From assembly GCA_965223265.1 (NCBI GenBank), contig OZ244999.1:2720001-2784000 (forward strand): a stretch of DNA of 64,000 nt, written 5' to 3'. Under the pieces are notes generated by a model. The model was not told where the DNA came from. It did not search any database and worked only from the letters and a program-made list of their open reading frames with translations. Of the stretch, positions 8,413-17,523 are shown piece by piece (position 1 is the stretch's first letter; each line of letters begins with the position of its first letter). Both the position numbers and the translations under genes were made by a program. This DNA comes from Planctomycetota bacterium. GTDB lineage: Bacteria; Planctomycetota; UBA8108; SXIK01.

Positions 8413-11169
8413 ATGTCACTCCGTCAGACTGTCAAGCACAACAAGTCTGTGGTCGCTCGCGCTGTGGCGCTCGGATCGGACTCGGGATTCTGTCCATCGC
8501 TCCGCCGACGCCGCACGAGCTTGTTCTTCCTTGGGCTCGTGTGCACGTTGACGTTGAACGCGTCAGCGCAGGAATCTTTTGTTCGTGGCGATATCAACGG
8601 TGACGGTGGCGTCGATGGCGCTTCAGATTTCGTCCAACTGCTCGGCATCTGGTCAAGTGCCTTCCCGGAGGCTTCCATGAGCAACTGTATCGGCGCGCGC
8701 GAGATAGAGGTGGGAGATGTGAACGACAACGAGTCCTTTGGACTCGGCGACCTCATGAGCTTCGGCTATGCGTTCTTTGAAGGTGGCCCGACGTATCCGC
8801 CGCTGTTTGGTTGTGGTGCCGACCCCACGGACACAACGCGCGGTTTCGACGAAGCGGATACCGACTACGTTCTTGCGATGCCGTGCATCACTTCGACGGA
8901 CGACAAAGTCGAGATCCCGGTGTTCCTCAAGTCGCCGCAAGACGTTCAAGGTATCAGCTTCGCTCTTCGCATCGGTGAGAACATGGTGCCTCAGGAAGAT
9001 CGACTCGCTCAGTTCGACTCCACGGTGAATCTGGATCCTGCGACGTCGGTCAATTGGCAAATCCTGGAAGACGATGTTTTGTCGATTCACATCGGGAAAT
9101 TCACCGACTTCGCGGGCGAGCCGGTACTCGCGGGGACGAACGGTGAGTTCGTCAAGATTGGGACGTTGCGCTTCGCGCTCGTTGATCCGCCAACCGAAGC
9201 TTCCTTTGAGTGGCTTCCAGACTTCACGCTCAATACTTTCCCGATGCGTGCGACGGTTGCCACGGTGAGTGAGGTTGGGGCTCCGGTCGTGGACCATCAC
9301 CCGCTATTCACGACGAATCCTGATGTCTGCACGGATTGCTGCGTGTCGCAGGATTTTATCCGCGGCGATGTCAGCGGGGATGGAAGCGTCGATATCCAGG
9401 ACTTGGTCGCTTTCCTCAACGCTCTGTCGTCTCCAGCGAGTCCGTTGGCGAACACGTGCGGCCCGAGTCTTGAGGGAGCCGACGTCAACGACAACGAGTT
9501 TCTCAGCTTCAACGATGTGCTGCTGATCGGCGGCATTCAGTTTGGTGGCCTTCCGGTGCCGCTGTCAGAGCCCCATGTGTGTGGCCCTGATCCGACGGAC
9601 ACGACACGCGGCTTCGACCAGGTCGACCCTCGCTTCGAGGTCTCCATACCATGTATCTCACGCAGCGGCACCGAGCTCTCGATCCCTATCGACGTTCAGA
9701 GTCCGACTTCGATTCAAACGGTCAGCTTTGCACTTCGAGTCTCGCCCAATATCGTGCCGTCGCCGGGTCAGGAGCTTCTCACCCTCAATCCCTCGATCGA
9801 TGAGTCGACCCTCGCCTCGGCGAGGTTTCACGACGACCTTATAGTTGTCGACGTTGCCGGCGAGTACACTGTCGCGACGACGAACGGAATCCTTCCGCCA
9901 ACGGGCGCGACGCCGACGCATCTCGGCACTTTGCGCCTCGCCCTCGTCGACCCCGAAGGCGACGCGTCGATCGAGTGGGTGCCCGACTTCGAGATTCATG
10001 GGATTCCTCTACGCGCCACGGTTGTCAGCGGCCTGGACTCCCCAGAGCCGTTTGAGGATCATCATCCCAGTTTTTCGAGAACTGACGCCGAGTGTGCCGG
10101 CCTGTCGCTGTTCCGCCGTGGCGATCATGACGGTTCGGGTGCGGTGGATCTAGCAGACGGTAACGAGATCCTTGCTTTCCTCGCGTCCGGCAGCGCCGCC
10201 CCCGAGAACTGCGTGGGCGAGGTCGATCTCGATGTTCCCGACGTCAACGACAACGAGCACGTTACCATCGGCGATTTCCTCAAGCTGCGGAGTTCTCTCT
10301 CCGGGTCCTCGCTTGAGCTCTCGAACCTCTGCGGTCGGGATCCGACCAACGACCCTCGCGGATTCGATGCAGCGGATTCTGACTACGTGCTGACGGCTTC
10401 GCGTGTCCAGGTGATCCTGCCGCCGCCGCCTGCGAATCAAAACGAAAACCGCGACGTTTGGATCCCGTTGAGCTTGATCGCGCCCGGGCCGGTCACCGGG
10501 CTGCAGCTCATGATCGAGTACGATCCTCGAGCGTTGACGCCTCTGGGAGACGCCGAAGGCGGTGTTCTCTTGACGAGCTTCGGCGACAGCTTTTCGCGCG
10601 TCGTGCCGGTGGGGCCTAGCCTGTCGATTCTTATCGTCAGCCTCTATGCTGCTGAGGATGGGAGCTTCGTCGTGTCGGATGACACGGGCGGCGCCTTCTT
10701 TCCCGTCGGGACGCTCCGCTTCCACTTAACGGATAATGCAGTTTTTCGACCTCTTCTTTGGCGCGACGAGCTCTCCCTGCCAGGCGAGGATCTACGCTAC
10801 CACGCCTCCGTCGTCGACGCAGAGTTCGACGACCACCGTCCACTTCTGCGCACCGGCGAGTTCGAGTTCGTCCGCGGCAACGCTAACTCGGACGCCCAAG
10901 TCGATATCTCCGACGGCATCTTCACGCTCAACTTCCTCTTCGACGAGTCGCTCAACGAGGACTTTCCGAACTGTTTTGCCGCGATGGACGTGAACAACGA
11001 CGAGGTATTGGATATTTCCGATCCGATCTTTCAGCTCAACTTTCTCTTCGCCAACGGCCCTGTCATACCGCAGCCGTTTCCTCAGTGCGGCCTCGACCGC
11101 GGCGGAATCCCCATCTTCTCGTGCAATCCGCCGGTGGAAGAAGACGCCTGTTTTGACCCGAGTTCGTGA
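8413..11169 (+). CDS. Putative scaffoldin-like secreted protein: 3x(dockerin-like + cohesin-like) + terminal dockerin-like domain
   Basis: AAGGGGG RBS before ATG 8413, and a hydrophobic signal ending ASA-Q. F.RGD/N units start at 8578, 9355, 10111 and 10867. The intervening beta-rich units read V.IP..L.....V.G..F/L.....GTLRF.L. Confidence 0.7.
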   Translation: MSLRQTVKHNKSVVARAVALGSDSGFCPSLRRRRTSLFFLGLVCTLTLNASAQESFVRGDINGDGGVDGASDFVQLLGIWSSAFPEASMSNCIGAREIEVGDVNDNESFGLGDLMSFGYAFFEGGPTYPPLFGCGADPTDTTRGFDEADTDYVLAMPCITSTDDKVEIPVFLKSPQDVQGISFALRIGENMVPQEDRLAQFDSTVNLDPATSVNWQILEDDVLSIHIGKFTDFAGEPVLAGTNGEFVKIGTLRFALVDPPTEASFEWLPDFTLNTFPMRATVATVSEVGAPVVDHHPLFTTNPDVCTDCCVSQDFIRGDVSGDGSVDIQDLVAFLNALSSPASPLANTCGPSLEGADVNDNEFLSFNDVLLIGGIQFGGLPVPLSEPHVCGPDPTDTTRGFDQVDPRFEVSIPCISRSGTELSIPIDVQSPTSIQTVSFALRVSPNIVPSPGQELLTLNPSIDESTLASARFHDDLIVVDVAGEYTVATTNGILPPTGATPTHLGTLRLALVDPEGDASIEWVPDFEIHGIPLRATVVSGLDSPEPFEDHHPSFSRTDAECAGLSLFRRGDHDGSGAVDLADGNEILAFLASGSAAPENCVGEVDLDVPDVNDNEHVTIGDFLKLRSSLSGSSLELSNLCGRDPTNDPRGFDAADSDYVLTASRVQVILPPPPANQNENRDVWIPLSLIAPGPVTGLQLMIEYDPRALTPLGDAEGGVLLTSFGDSFSRVVPVGPSLSILIVSLYAAEDGSFVVSDDTGGAFFPVGTLRFHLTDNAVFRPLLWRDELSLPGEDLRYHASVVDAEFDDHRPLLRTGEFEFVRGNANSDAQVDISDGIFTLNFLFDESLNEDFPNCFAAMDVNNDEVLDISDPIFQLNFLFANGPVIPQPFPQCGLDRGGIPIFSCNPPVEEDACFDPSS

Positions 11170-11377
11170 CTTCGGATCATCGAGCTTCGTTGCGACGCCG
11201 CGTACTCGACTCATTGCGGCTCATTGCGGCCTACAGAAGAGAGCTCGACTGGAGACCTGAGTTCTTCGCGGCCGGATCGATCAGCGCCGTGTATCTTCGA
11301 GACACTCGAAGATTGCGTGGTCGAGCTGGCCGGGAAGAATTTACGTCTTTGCGAATGACTCGCTCTGCAAGCTGACG

Positions 11378-12955
11378 CTAAGGTCGAGTCGGGCCAAGTT
11401 TGATGACGGAAGCGTTCGCGTGGGTCGCGACGTTCAAGGCCACGTTTGTGCCGTAGTAGAAGAGAATCGAGGTGCCCATCACCGAACCCGTCAGCGAGGA
11501 TCCAACATCCATGTTGAGAGTCGCCTTGCTGAAACCGTCCACATCGATGTTTGCACTCCCGATCGGGTGAGAGTCACCGAAGTTGAGTTGACTAAGGCCA
11601 ACCACGCTCGCCGTCAAATCGTCAACCTTCAGGGCGTCGCCTCGTAGCTGGCTCACGCCGGCAACGTCGACGCTGAGCTGCGCCTGGTCGAAGCCGTTGA
11701 GAGTGACATCGACAAAACCCTGCAGTTGGAGGGCATCGAGGGCGGGAAGCGTGACAATCGCCTTGAGCGTTTGGATGTCGTGGTCGCCGACGAGCAAACC
11801 CATGTTGAGCCTGGATCCACTCTGCGTGATGTCCAGTTCGTCCACAACTTCCTCGTCGATCGTGATCTCAACTAAGAATTCCGGTGCTTGAGCGACTGTG
11901 ACTTTGAACACACTGAAGACAGACATCTCGGTGAAGTTCTCGAAGTCAAACGTCACTGTCTCAGTCGGCTCGACGAAGCGGCCAAAGAGGATCTCGCTGG
12001 CTAGGATGCTTCGACCGTCGGCGGCGACTCTCCCATCGATCGTGATTTGCACATTAGCTTTGAGGTCACTTACGGCGCCGTTGCCAAAATCAGTGTCGGC
12101 GTCGGTCGTCACCGGAAGGCCGTTGAGGTCGAAGTCGTTCGTCGAGCCAAAGCGCGTGACCCACCCTTGAACCTGAGCCCGCTCGTCCGGAACTCCACCC
12201 GCTGAGTCGTAGAGGCTTTCCAGTTCGTCCGCCAGCAGGATTCCGTTTGCCAAGGTGCCCCTCACGACAACGAGAAGGTCGGCGACCGGTGCGCCGGTCG
12301 GCAGGTCGACGATCGTTGCTGCGCTGTAATCGATACTCAATCCGTTCACGGTGAACAGCATGTTGGAGAGGTCCAATCCGGCGACGCGTCCGATGATCTG
12401 CACACCGACGGTTGCGGTATCGAATTCCACCAACGTTGCGACGATTTCTCCATCGGCGTTCAGAAAACCGCTAACCTGAACGATGGACCCCATGACCAGG
12501 GGCGCAAAGTTGTTCGGATCGAGCCTTGAATCGAACAGGGTCTCCGCATCTGTCAAAACTGTTTGCCCCATGACGACGAGCCGGCCGAGCCCTGCGTCGA
12601 TGCTTTCCACCGGACCGATGACCGTGGCTTGGTACTCGATGAGATCAGTGGTGCCGTTGGCAGCGTTGACTTCGATCGTCCCTTCCAGCGAGACAACCTG
12701 ACCCGGTTTCAGATCGAGGAAGCTTCCAGGCTGCCCGTTGATCGTCACTGTCGTTGCGGGTGTCTCGTAGCGCACTCCGTTGACCGTGACCTCACCCAAC
12801 ACAGCTGTGATCACGCCGGTGGCAGAAATCGGCTCGGTGATGGGCGGCATGGCGGGTGCCGGGGAACTTCCGCTGCTACCTCCACTGCTGCAGGCCCAGA
12901 GTAACGTCAAGCAAAGCAAGCTCAAGTTGGATGCCGGACGGGTGCGAGGGTTCAT
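11378..12955 (-). CDS. Lipoprotein with DUF5666 repeats and C-terminal GIN/DUF2807-like beta-helix
   Basis: Lipobox LWAC and Ser/Gly linker. Repeats of the type GPVESID....LVVMGQTV...T.F...G..V.V.G. Tail FENFTEMSVFSVFKVTVAQ...LDALQLQG...SILFYYG. Confidence 0.75.
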   Translation of the reverse strand: MNPRTRPASNLSLLCLTLLWACSSGGSSGSSPAPAMPPITEPISATGVITAVLGEVTVNGVRYETPATTVTINGQPGSFLDLKPGQVVSLEGTIEVNAANGTTDLIEYQATVIGPVESIDAGLGRLVVMGQTVLTDAETLFDSRLDPNNFAPLVMGSIVQVSGFLNADGEIVATLVEFDTATVGVQIIGRVAGLDLSNMLFTVNGLSIDYSAATIVDLPTGAPVADLLVVVRGTLANGILLADELESLYDSAGGVPDERAQVQGWVTRFGSTNDFDLNGLPVTTDADTDFGNGAVSDLKANVQITIDGRVAADGRSILASEILFGRFVEPTETVTFDFENFTEMSVFSVFKVTVAQAPEFLVEITIDEEVVDELDITQSGSRLNMGLLVGDHDIQTLKAIVTLPALDALQLQGFVDVTLNGFDQAQLSVDVAGVSQLRGDALKVDDLTASVVGLSQLNFGDSHPIGSANIDVDGFSKATLNMDVGSSLTGSVMGTSILFYYGTNVALNVATHANASVIKLGPTRP

Positions 12956-13018
12956 GGGTGCGACCTCCGTTGAGCGGAAGACGAAACGCGCGAGGATGGT
13001 AGCTGTAGCAAGACTTAC

Positions 13019-13034
13019 AGCAAACCGCGTTCCT
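13019..13034 (-). promoter_or_regulatory. Putative sigma-54 promoter (DUF5666 lipoprotein gene)
   Basis: AGGAAC-GCGGT-TTGCT on the minus strand with GG-N10-GC spacing, ~65 nt upstream of the ATG. Confidence 0.5.
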
Positions 13035-13350
13035 TTGGACGCGCACTTGATCGGGCGCTAACCCCATGGCGTCACAGCCATTCGAGGTCAGGGATGCGGC
13101 GCTCTACGAACTCGAGACCATCGGCGGAAAGTCCGAAGAAAGAGTCAGCTTCTCGCGTGCACGGGCGTTCTGTTGTGCTTGAGACGGCCTCGCACAGAGA
13201 GAAAGTCAGCGTTCCTGTGGAAAATCCCATGACGCGAGTGAACAAGCGGATGTTCTTCTGGAAGAGTTTCGTGTGCTGTTTTAGGTTTCTGGATTCGTTC
13301 AATGACGTCGATTCCCGACCTTGTAGGCTGACGACAACTGAGAAAGCGCG

Positions 13351-14322
13351 ATGATTGAACTGATCGTCCTTACCCTGACCTTCATCTTCTTTTCGGGACT
13401 CGTTGCGATGGTCGACGCAGCAGTTCTCAGCGTGTCGAGAGCCGAGACCGAAGAGATGGTCATCAAGAAACTGTGGGGAGCTGTCCACGCTCGGACGCTG
13501 ACGAAGCGTCTGACTCGCGCTCTCGTCGTGATCGTCATTGTGACGAACACCATCAATATTCTCGGTCCGATCCTCGTCGGGCAGAGCGCCGTCTCCACGT
13601 ACGGGAAAGCCGCGATCGGCTGGGTGACCGTCGTTCTCGCTTTCGGGACAATTGTCTTTTCCGAAATCGTTCCCAAGTCGATCGGCTCGCACTACGCGCC
13701 CCAGATCGCCCGCTTCGCCGCGCCGCCTCTTCTCGCGCTCATGTACATCCTCTATCCGCTGGTGCTCGTCTTGGATCGTTTCTCTCAGCTCTTCAGAAGG
13801 GGAAGGCGACGAGTCGGAACGGAAGAGCAAATTAGAGCCCTCACCACGCTCGGGCGACGTGCTGGCTACATCGAGCCGGATGAGGGCTTGCTGGTGCACA
13901 AAGCGTTCATCCTCAACGATCGCACTGCCGCCGACATCATGACCCCACGCGGCAACGTCGTCGGGTTCACGAGCGCATCGACCCTGAGGGATGCCGCGAA
14001 GGAGGTTCTTGAGTCCGGCTTTTCGCGTTATCCCCTTTGCGGAGAGTCCATCGACGACTTCAAGGGCGTCGTGCTCGCACGCGATATCCTTCAAGAGCTC
14101 GTTCGTGGAGGAGAGGAGAAGCCGCTGAGCTCCATCGCGCGCAGAGGGTTCACCGTCGCAGCTGATCGTCGCTGTGATGATCTTCTGCTGCTCTTTCGAC
14201 TGAAGCGACTCCACCTCGCAGTCGTCGAGGACGGGGGACGAGCGGTTGGAATCGTCACGCTCGAGGACGTACTCGAGGAGCTCGTGGGAGAAATTAGCGA
14301 CGAGAAGGACATCGCCTTCTGA
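13351..14322 (+). CDS. CNNM (DUF21) + CBS-pair membrane protein, hemolysin/TlyC-CorC family
   Basis: FFSGL...AVLS, NTINI, FSEIVPKSI, DIMTPR, FSRYP, GIVTLEDVLEELVGEI.DE.D. Confidence 0.92.
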   Translation: MIELIVLTLTFIFFSGLVAMVDAAVLSVSRAETEEMVIKKLWGAVHARTLTKRLTRALVVIVIVTNTINILGPILVGQSAVSTYGKAAIGWVTVVLAFGTIVFSEIVPKSIGSHYAPQIARFAAPPLLALMYILYPLVLVLDRFSQLFRRGRRRVGTEEQIRALTTLGRRAGYIEPDEGLLVHKAFILNDRTAADIMTPRGNVVGFTSASTLRDAAKEVLESGFSRYPLCGESIDDFKGVVLARDILQELVRGGEEKPLSSIARRGFTVAADRRCDDLLLLFRLKRLHLAVVEDGGRAVGIVTLEDVLEELVGEISDEKDIAF

Positions 14323-14531
14323 ATCTCAGTGCGAGATCAGCTTCCGGTTCGCGGTCTCGTCGTCCCGCGAGCTCGACGGGAGGAGCGCGCCGAAAATCCC
14401 CGCCGGTGTGACATTTTCCAGCGTCGTCCGTAGACCGGCGGCCGCGCGGCCGATGGGTCGCGCCACACGGCGAAGGAGTCCAAGCTGCCCAAAGCTTCGC
14501 GGACACTTTGTCTAGCCCGTGGGGAACGCTA

Positions 14532-14547
14532 CGGTACGCCGTTTGCT
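14532..14547 (+). promoter_or_regulatory. Putative sigma-54 promoter (hpf-like/usp/PAC2/glgP unit)
   Basis: CGGTAC-GCCGT-TTGCT, ~77 nt upstream of ATG 14624. Confidence 0.65.
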
Positions 14548-14623
14548 GCGCATGTACCCCCATGACGTGCACTCACTATGGCGGCGTGACGACGTTAATA
14601 CGGGCGAGACTAGAGTAGGAAGC

Positions 14624-15301
14624 ATGACCTTTCGAGACGAAAAGCACGAGCTCAAGGTAGAGATTCGGACGGACAGCTACCATCTGAGCGAGAGAGAAAA
14701 GCAGGACATCGAAGCCGACTTGGGCAGCTTGCGAAAGGTGGCCAGGGATTTTCCAGTTTCGCAACTGCATCTCGACATTCGCAGGCATCCGCAGCGACGA
14801 GACTTTCACGTCAGGGCGAACCTACACGTCTCGAAGCACAATTTGTTCACGGGTGAGCGCGGTGCGATCGTCACCCAAGCGGTGGAGAGCTGCGTCCGCA
14901 AGCTCGTCAAGAAGATCAAGTGCTTTAAGGAGAAGCATCGAGGCAGACCTGGCGAGACCTGGGAACCTACGGAGCCGACGATGGAGCTACCTCAGGACTC
15001 GGAGACAGATCCAAGGGTGCTGGCACGTGCAGTGCGGGAAGCCGACTTTCCACAGTTTCGCGACGCGATCGGCGGTTGCGACGATTCCCTCAGTCGGCAG
15101 GTCGAAAGTCAGATCGCGGAGAACCCAGAGCTGGAAGCTCTGCGTGGCGAGGACCTCGTGACGTCAGAGATTTTGGAGGAGATCTACTTGCGTGCCTTTG
15201 AACGCTTTCGCGACAGAGACTCTGCCGCAGTCAGCACCTGGATCGAAGATTTGATCGATCCATGCATCCAAAGCGTCGCGAAGCGTCGCAAAGGGTCATG
15301 A
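14624..15301 (+). CDS. HPF/RaiA-family ribosome-associated protein with C-terminal sigma-region-2-like extension
   Basis: AGGA RBS. The N-terminal ~105 aa follow the HPF pattern (VEI......LS....IE..L..L.K...F...LHLDI...FHVRANL....LFTGE......AVESCVRKLVKKIK.FKEK). Helical C-terminal domain. Confidence 0.7.
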   Translation: MTFRDEKHELKVEIRTDSYHLSEREKQDIEADLGSLRKVARDFPVSQLHLDIRRHPQRRDFHVRANLHVSKHNLFTGERGAIVTQAVESCVRKLVKKIKCFKEKHRGRPGETWEPTEPTMELPQDSETDPRVLARAVREADFPQFRDAIGGCDDSLSRQVESQIAENPELEALRGEDLVTSEILEEIYLRAFERFRDRDSAAVSTWIEDLIDPCIQSVAKRRKGS

Positions 15302-15442
15302 CATCTTGCAGTTAGGTTGACTCGTCGACGACCGAAGTGGCGTCCGACTCACAACGTGGCGCGCGACGGTTTCGAGTCTTGAACGGCCTGACTTCCTCAT
15401 CGCAACTCAAGAGTGCCCGTACCCCACTTTGAGTTACACGGT

Positions 15443-16354
15443 ATGATTCGCTCCGTCGCTGTTACCACCGACTTTTCTGATCTATCTGTGCAGCCCTTCG
15501 AGGCTGCAGCCACGCTTAGCCGAAAGTTTGGAGCTGGACTTGTTGTCGTCCACGTCCTACCAGAACCAGAGATCTACACCTCGTGGCAGGTTGTCCGTGA
15601 GTCGTCAGCTGCGAGACAAAATCGCCTCGAGAAATCGAAAAAGAGGCTCCAGCAAATCGTCCAAGAGCAAAGCTGTCTCGCATCCTTGGATGTCCGTACT
15701 GCCATCCTAAGCGGGCCACCCGCTGAATCGGTGGCAGACTTCGGCGACAGCGAAGGGATCGATTTGCTGATTGTTGCTTCCCATGGTCACACGGGGATGA
15801 CGCATTTTCCGTTAGGAAGCTTCACAGCGAGAGTGCTCGAGTTCAGCCGCTGTCCCGTGCTGGTCTTCAGAACGCGAGAGTCCGCTGGCGCGCCGTTTGA
15901 GCGTGCATTCACGTGCGAAAGGATTCTTGTAGCACACGACTTTTCTCCTGCATCCACTTTGGCCGTGCGAATGGCACGAGAATGGGCAAAGGCCTTTGAA
16001 GCCGATACCAGAATTGTGTTCGTCATGAATCGGTCTGAGGGACGAATGCTAGGCGACGACGGTGAATGCGAACGTCTGACAGCGGAGGAACTGCGGTCAA
16101 AGGCACTGCACGAGATCGAACGGATCGCCGATTCGGAATGGAGAGGGCTGCCGCTCCGGCCGGTTATCCGAACAGGGCATCCCGCCGTCGAGATCTTGAA
16201 GGAAGAGAAGAGCTGCGCTGCGGAAATGATCATCATGGGAAGCCGCGGACTATCGCCTTTTGGCAGACTCGAAATGGGTAGTGTGGCTGAGAGAGTCGTT
16301 CAGGGAGCCCGCTGCCCCGTCCTCGTCAACAAGGCAGCAGCTCGTCGCACCTAG
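15443..16354 (+). CDS. Tandem universal stress protein
   Basis: Two USP domains: VAVTTDFS...DLLIVASHG...LGS...CPVLV and ILVAHDFS...IIMGSRG...MGSVAERVV...CPVLV. Confidence 0.93.
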   Translation: MIRSVAVTTDFSDLSVQPFEAAATLSRKFGAGLVVVHVLPEPEIYTSWQVVRESSAARQNRLEKSKKRLQQIVQEQSCLASLDVRTAILSGPPAESVADFGDSEGIDLLIVASHGHTGMTHFPLGSFTARVLEFSRCPVLVFRTRESAGAPFERAFTCERILVAHDFSPASTLAVRMAREWAKAFEADTRIVFVMNRSEGRMLGDDGECERLTAEELRSKALHEIERIADSEWRGLPLRPVIRTGHPAVEILKEEKSCAAEMIIMGSRGLSPFGRLEMGSVAERVVQGARCPVLVNKAAARRT

Positions 16355-16397
16355 TGAGTGAACCCTTTGTTTTCCCGCCCTGCAATTGAATCTAAAG

Positions 16398-17333
16398 ATG
16401 CAAGACCCACACGACGCGAAACTCAACAATCCGTGGCTCGTCGCTGTTTGGCCTGGTATGGGCAATGTGGCGCTAAGCGCTGGCTACTACCTGATGGCCA
16501 AGCTTGGCATGCACGTGCTGTCGGAATACTCACCCAACGAGTTTTTTGACGTTGAACACGTTGAGGTCAAGGGCGGTCTGATCCGTCCTGCCGCCCGGCC
16601 TCGGAGCCGGTTTTTCGTCTGGACCGACCCGAAGGAGCATCGAGACATCGTTGTCTTCATCGGTGAGGCTCAGCCGCCGACCGGAAAGTACGCGTTCTGT
16701 CGTAAGCTCATGGAGTTTGCCACCAACGTGGGAGTCGAGCGCGTGTTTACCTTTGCGGCCATGGCAACTCAAATGCATCCGGATCATGACTCGCGCGTGT
16801 TCGCCGCTGCCACCGACGGCGAGACGCTCAAGCGTTTGCAGCAGTTGGAGATCGATATTCTGCAGGATGGCCACATCGGGGGCCTCAACGGCGTGCTGTT
16901 GGGGGCGGCTGCAGAAGCCGAGCTGCCGGGCACCTGCTTGTTGGGCGAGATGCCTCATATCTTCTCCAATCTCCCTTTTCCTAAGGCATCGCTGGCGGTG
17001 CTTAAAGTGTTCACGACGATCGCGGGAGTCGAGCTCGATTTCACGGAGTTGTCAGCCCAGGCTGAGGCCATGCAGGAAAAACTTGCAGAGGTGATGTCTA
17101 GCGTCGAGAGTGCACTCGATCAACGCAGCGAGGAGAAAGAAGGGGGCTACCAACCAGATACCACTGAAGAGGAACGACTCGATCAGGAAGACGAGGCACG
17201 CATCGAAGAACTCTTCAGGCGAGCCGCGGTGGATCGTTCGACCGCCTACGAGCTCAAACGAGAGTTAGATCGCCTCGAGGTCTTCAAGGAGTATGAGGAT
17301 CGTTTTCTTGATTTGTTCAAGAACTCGTCATGA
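16398..17333 (+). CDS. PAC2 family (proteasome assembly chaperone-like) protein
   Basis: WPGMGNVA...Y, FIGEAQP, VFTFAAM, IGGLNGVLLG, GTCLLGE.P, PKAS..VL, and an acidic C-terminal tail. Confidence 0.85.
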   Translation: MQDPHDAKLNNPWLVAVWPGMGNVALSAGYYLMAKLGMHVLSEYSPNEFFDVEHVEVKGGLIRPAARPRSRFFVWTDPKEHRDIVVFIGEAQPPTGKYAFCRKLMEFATNVGVERVFTFAAMATQMHPDHDSRVFAAATDGETLKRLQQLEIDILQDGHIGGLNGVLLGAAAEAELPGTCLLGEMPHIFSNLPFPKASLAVLKVFTTIAGVELDFTELSAQAEAMQEKLAEVMSSVESALDQRSEEKEGGYQPDTTEEERLDQEDEARIEELFRRAAVDRSTAYELKRELDRLEVFKEYEDRFLDLFKNSS

Positions 17334-17523
17334 TCTGTATGCTCGGAGACAAAACGATGCTCATTCGATCGAAATCATGTCTCTGGACTGTGTCGCGCCA
17401 AAACAGATGGCGGTCGGAGTGGAGGGTTGGTTTCACTCGGCGTGCCGGCTCGGAGTCAACGTGGACGGACAACATCGTTTCGTGTCTTTGAGGAGATCGG
17501 AATAGACCTCGGTTCTGCGCTGC

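Noticed and set aside
11211-11230. Tandem duplication of TCATTGCGGC
   Set aside because: Only two copies, with no spacers or associated genes. Likely slippage, not CRISPR.
13072-14214. 380-aa minus-strand ORF
   Set aside because: Antisense to the well-supported CNNM gene, with no motifs.
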